In this document: positions 60,898 to 64,000 of the stretch, piece by piece
Numbering within the stretch: the stretch's first letter is position 1
Layout: every line of letters begins with the position of its first letter
NCBI GenBank assembly: GCA_049522395.1
Contig: JBEKNV010000010.1
Span: 7,918-71,917 of the forward strand
Reading direction: 5' to 3'
Origin: Methylovirgula sp.
Lineage (GTDB): Bacteria > Pseudomonadota > Alphaproteobacteria > Rhizobiales > Beijerinckiaceae
Length of the DNA stretch: 64,000 bases
Position numbers and translations under genes: made by a program
The notes under the pieces: model-generated
Told to the model about the DNA's origin: nothing
Database searches by the model: none
The model's input: the letters and a program-made list of their open reading frames with translations, nothing else

Positions 60898-60973
60898 GCC
60901 CAGGTAGCTCAGTTGGTAGAGCATGCGACTGAAAATCGCAGTGTCGGTGGTTCGATTCCGCCCCTGGGCACCA
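60898..60973 (+). tRNA. tRNA-Phe (anticodon GAA)
   Basis: Acceptor GCCCAGG/CCTGGGC, D-arm GCTCAGTTGGTAGAGC, anticodon loop CTGAAAA, T-loop GGTTCGATTCC, encoded CCA. Confidence 0.95.
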
Positions 60974-61216
60974 GCGAAATCAAAGACGTAGAATAGTCAC
61001 CGCCTGCGGACAACCCGACATGCTTGGGGGTGCTCGACGCACCAGGTGTGCGGGACGGTCTGTTGGGCTTCCGAGTGATGCCGAGGCTCTCCTGAAGCAC
61101 CACGGTATGGGTGTGCTCCTGACCCGGAATGCATACCGCCTGCGCCCCCGCTAATTTCCTTATCATTTGACGCCCTCCCTAGAAGACGATTTCAAAATCG
61201 AATTCGGTGCAAAGCC

Positions 61217-62173
61217 CTAGAACCAACCCCGCACCTTGAACCAAACGAGCGGCACAATCGCGCTGAGCGCAATCACAGCAAGACCGTAAGGGTAGCCGAA
61301 ACTCCAACCGAGTTCGGGCATGTATTTGAAGTTCATGCCATAGATGCCCGCCATCAGCGTCGGAGGAATTCCGACGATCGAAACAATGGTGAGAGTCTTG
61401 AAGATTTCGTTCTGAGCGATGCCGATCAACCCGACCATCGCATCGAGCAGAAATTGCACCTTCTCAGACAGATGAACCTCGTAGTCGTCCAAGGATACCA
61501 CGTCCTGCCGCAAACTTTTCATGCGCGGTTCTAACTCGCCGCGGTCCCAATCTCGCGTCAGTTCGCCGGCGAAATCGACGGCGCGTCCCACGCCCAACAA
61601 AGTGTCTCGCGCTTCTGACGCCCGGTCACCCAATCTCCCGATGTGGCGCAATTTAGATCGGATGATGCGAGTGGAGCGGACCGCCTTTGGGCCCTCGCCT
61701 TCTGGGACGTCAAAGGTCGCCACGGAAATCGTGCGCAGTTCCGCCGCGACCTGTTCAAGATTATCGGCAAGACCATCGACGATCTCTTCGCAAAGCTCGA
61801 CGAACACCTCACGGCTAGAGGTCGGCATTGCACCGGCTTCTTTGAATCTCTGCGTGACTTCATCAAAGGCGTGCAACGTCGCGAAACGAACGGTCAAAAG
61901 CCGATCGCGCGACAAGACAAACCCGACGGGCGCCACCACGGGCTCACCGTCGCTTCCGCGTGTCGTCATCGGGATGCTCATGGAAAGCACACCATCGCGC
62001 GCGCGCAGGCGGCTTGAGCTTTCGATCTCACTGAGATGCTCGCGGGTCGGAACCCCCACACCGATGAGCAGCTCGACCTCAGCCCGCTCCGTTGGGCTCG
62101 GGTTGCAAAGGTCTACCCAGATTGGCCGCGTCCGCGCGCCTAGCGCATCATCGCCCGGAAAGACGTTCAACAT
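61217..62173 (-). CDS. corA: Magnesium/cobalt transporter CorA
   Basis: 318 aa with C-terminal [10 protein letters not shown] motif and two TM segments. Confidence 0.92.
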   Translation of the reverse strand: MLNVFPGDDALGARTRPIWVDLCNPSPTERAEVELLIGVGVPTREHLSEIESSSRLRARDGVLSMSIPMTTRGSDGEPVVAPVGFVLSRDRLLTVRFATLHAFDEVTQRFKEAGAMPTSSREVFVELCEEIVDGLADNLEQVAAELRTISVATFDVPEGEGPKAVRSTRIIRSKLRHIGRLGDRASEARDTLLGVGRAVDFAGELTRDWDRGELEPRMKSLRQDVVSLDDYEVHLSEKVQFLLDAMVGLIGIAQNEIFKTLTIVSIVGIPPTLMAGIYGMNFKYMPELGWSFGYPYGLAVIALSAIVPLVWFKVRGWF

Positions 62174-62403
62174 CGAAGGCCGTGGGGTGTGATGAAACTG
62201 TCGTTATTCTTGGCATACGAAGGTCCCCCTTGGCCAGCGATCCCGCCATCCTGGGTGACTTGGCGCCCCTGGGCATTGATGTCGTTTGCTGCTTTCGACC
62301 CCTAAAAGACGCCTGCCTTGCCGATCAGGAACGGCACGGCTATAAGCCCCGCACACCAGCCGCCCGTTTCCCTTTTCGCGACGATTTGAGGACATTCGAC
62401 CGT

Positions 62404-62826
62404 ATGGCGATCGAACGCACGTTTTCCATTCTCAAGCCCGATGTGACGCGGCGCAATCTGACCGGCGCCGTCAATGCCACGATCGAAAAGGCGGGCCTCA
62501 GGATCATCGCGCAGAAGCGCATTCGCATGACGCCGCAACAGGCGGAGACTTTTTACGCGGTGCATAAAGCGCGGCCTTTTTTCGGCGAGCTCGTCGAGAC
62601 CATGACCTCGGGTCCCGTTGTCGTGCAGGTTCTGGAGGGCGAAGACGCGATCAAGAAATATCGCGATGTGCTCGGCGCCACCGATCCTGCCAAGGCCGCA
62701 GCCGGCACGATTCGCAAAGACTTCGCGCTCTCCGTGGGCGAGAATTCGGCGCATGGTTCGGACGCGCCTGAGACGGCGGCGATCGAAATCGCCCAGTTCT
62801 TTTCCGGCAATGAGATCGTCGGTTAG
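62404..62826 (+). CDS. ndk: Nucleoside-diphosphate kinase
   Basis: [13 protein letters not shown]..., active-site NSAHGSD, 140 aa. Confidence 0.95.
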   Translation: MAIERTFSILKPDVTRRNLTGAVNATIEKAGLRIIAQKRIRMTPQQAETFYAVHKARPFFGELVETMTSGPVVVQVLEGEDAIKKYRDVLGATDPAKAAAGTIRKDFALSVGENSAHGSDAPETAAIEIAQFFSGNEIVG

Positions 62827-62916
62827 CGCGTCAACCGGCCTGTGATCGCCAATGCGTATGGCCCTAATTGGGCCGGAGTTCCGTGTTGGAGAGACCCCTT
62901 ATCCGCCGGACGTTCA

Positions 62917-63753
62917 ATGCCGAATTCAAGAGCACTTCTTCCCCATTTGGCCCGACTGACAGCAGAGATCGCCGCGATGGCTGCAGTTGGCCTTGCGATG
63001 GCGCTCTGCGCCGCCACTCCCGCCGCCGCCGATAAGCTCAAACATCCGGTCGCCGTTTTCTCCGGGCTCGACAAGATCACGGGGCGCATCATCACTTTTG
63101 AGGTGGGCACCAATGAGACCGTGCAATTCGGCTCATTGCAGATCACCGAACGGGTTTGTTATTCGCGGCCGCCGACCGAGACACCGCAGACGGACACATT
63201 CGTCGAAATCGACAATATCGACGCCAACAATGCTTATAAGCGCGTCTTCACCGGCTGGATGTTCGCCGGCAGCCCGAGCCTGCATGCGCTCGATCATCCG
63301 GTCTATGACGTTTGGCTTCTGCGCTGCAAAGGCGATGGTCAGCTGATTCCTTCGCCGCCGGAAGACCAGCAGACCGAAGCGCCGTTGCAGCCGCAACAAC
63401 CGCAGCAACAGCAGGCGGTCCAGCCGCAGACGCAGGACATGACCAAGACGGTGCAGCCGCAGACAAAACCGATCGCGCCCACGAACGATCAAAAAGCGCC
63501 TTCGGGCGGCGGCCCGATCGACGTGGCGCCGCCGCCGGGCTTCGCCCAGCCCGATCAAAATCCACAGCAGCCCGACGATCAAGATCAGCAGCAGCCCGCC
63601 GATCAGAATCAGCAGCCCAACGATCAGAACCAGAAGGGGACTGACCAGAACCAGCCGCAGCCAAACGGCCAGAACAATGGTGGGTTCTTTACCTCGCCAT
63701 CGCCGCCACCGCCGCCGCCGGGAAATGGCAATGGCAACGGGAACGGCTTTTAA
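62917..63753 (+). CDS. DUF2155-domain protein with Q/P/N/D-rich low-complexity tail
   Basis: Signal-like N-terminus, DUF2155-type core (AVFSGLDKITGRIITFEV...QFGSLQITERVCYSRPPTETPQT). About 130-aa tail ends PPPPPGNGNGNGNGF. Confidence 0.65.
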   Translation: MPNSRALLPHLARLTAEIAAMAAVGLAMALCAATPAAADKLKHPVAVFSGLDKITGRIITFEVGTNETVQFGSLQITERVCYSRPPTETPQTDTFVEIDNIDANNAYKRVFTGWMFAGSPSLHALDHPVYDVWLLRCKGDGQLIPSPPEDQQTEAPLQPQQPQQQQAVQPQTQDMTKTVQPQTKPIAPTNDQKAPSGGGPIDVAPPPGFAQPDQNPQQPDDQDQQQPADQNQQPNDQNQKGTDQNQPQPNGQNNGGFFTSPSPPPPPPGNGNGNGNGF

Positions 63754-63768
63754 GCGCCAGACCGTCGC

Positions 63769-64000
63769 TCAGTCGTGCGGCGCCGAGAGAACGGCCAGCG
63801 CCTCTTGTCCCGAGACGGGCTTGTCTTTCAGCCAGGCCCAAAAATCGGCCTTTTGCGCGACCGCATCGGCCAGCATGTCGCGATAGCTCTCTTTCGACAC
63901 TTCGATGGCGCCGAGACTTTCGAGATGCGGCGTCACGAACTGCGTGTCGAGCAGGCGAAAGCCGCCGGCCGTGAGCCGCGCCGCAAGATGGATCAGCGCG
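63769..64000 (-). CDS. aat: Leucyl/phenylalanyl-tRNA--protein transferase, C-terminal part (5' end outside window)
   Basis: Minus frame reads ...LIHLAARLTAGGFRLLDTQFVTPHLESLGAIEVSKESYRDML...*, with stop at 63769-63771. Confidence 0.75.
   Translation of the reverse strand, partial: ALIHLAARLTAGGFRLLDTQFVTPHLESLGAIEVSKESYRDMLADAVAQKADFWAWLKDKPVSGQEALAVLSAPHD

Noticed and set aside
60909-61166. 85-aa minus-strand ORF next to tRNA-Phe, considered as an integrase or transposase remnant marking an island
   Set aside because: The ORF overlaps the tRNA itself. Its translation has no integrase or transposase motif that I recognise in any frame, and corA follows only about 240 bp after the tRNA.

Overview
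High-GC chromosomal segment (hand-sampled 60-nt lines give about 60-65% GC). Gene content and synteny look alphaproteobacterial, Hyphomicrobiales-like. It is densely packed with housekeeping genes: fdsGB, xthA, gltA, gltX, lipB, rlmE, guaB, rsmB-like, guaA, der, panE, corA, ndk, aat, tRNA-Leu(GAG) and tRNA-Phe(GAA). I found no rRNA, CRISPR array, transposase or integrase. Several AT-richer islets are present: about 14.36-15.3 kb next to tRNA-Leu, 21.67-23.87 kb, 31.7-34.3 kb downstream of guaA, and 43.76-44.19 kb. The most unusual region is 45.4-60.5 kb. It holds a complete Che-like chemosensory operon (STAS, Na/Pi-cotransporter-like, MCP, CheR, triple-CheW, CheB, CheA, mini-CheW). This operon converges on an unbundled partner-switching module: a CheB-type stand-alone receiver, a PP2C phosphatase, two RsbW-like kinases and a second STAS. 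No sigma factor is encoded in the window. The region ends with an NCS2 permease whose C-terminus looks like a degenerate RsbW-like pseudo-kinase. Three genes are visibly inactivated. comEC and a small secreted protein are each broken by a perfect 10-bp tandem duplication. A DUF262 protein has an in-frame amber codon at the Q of its conserved QR motif. Short tandem duplications of 10-15 bp recur across the window. One is a 14-bp x3 repeat that creates a chain of ATGA stop/start overlaps and two 5-codon mini-ORFs between a WD40 gene and rsmB. All calls come from reading the ORF translations and the DNA by eye. No database search was run.
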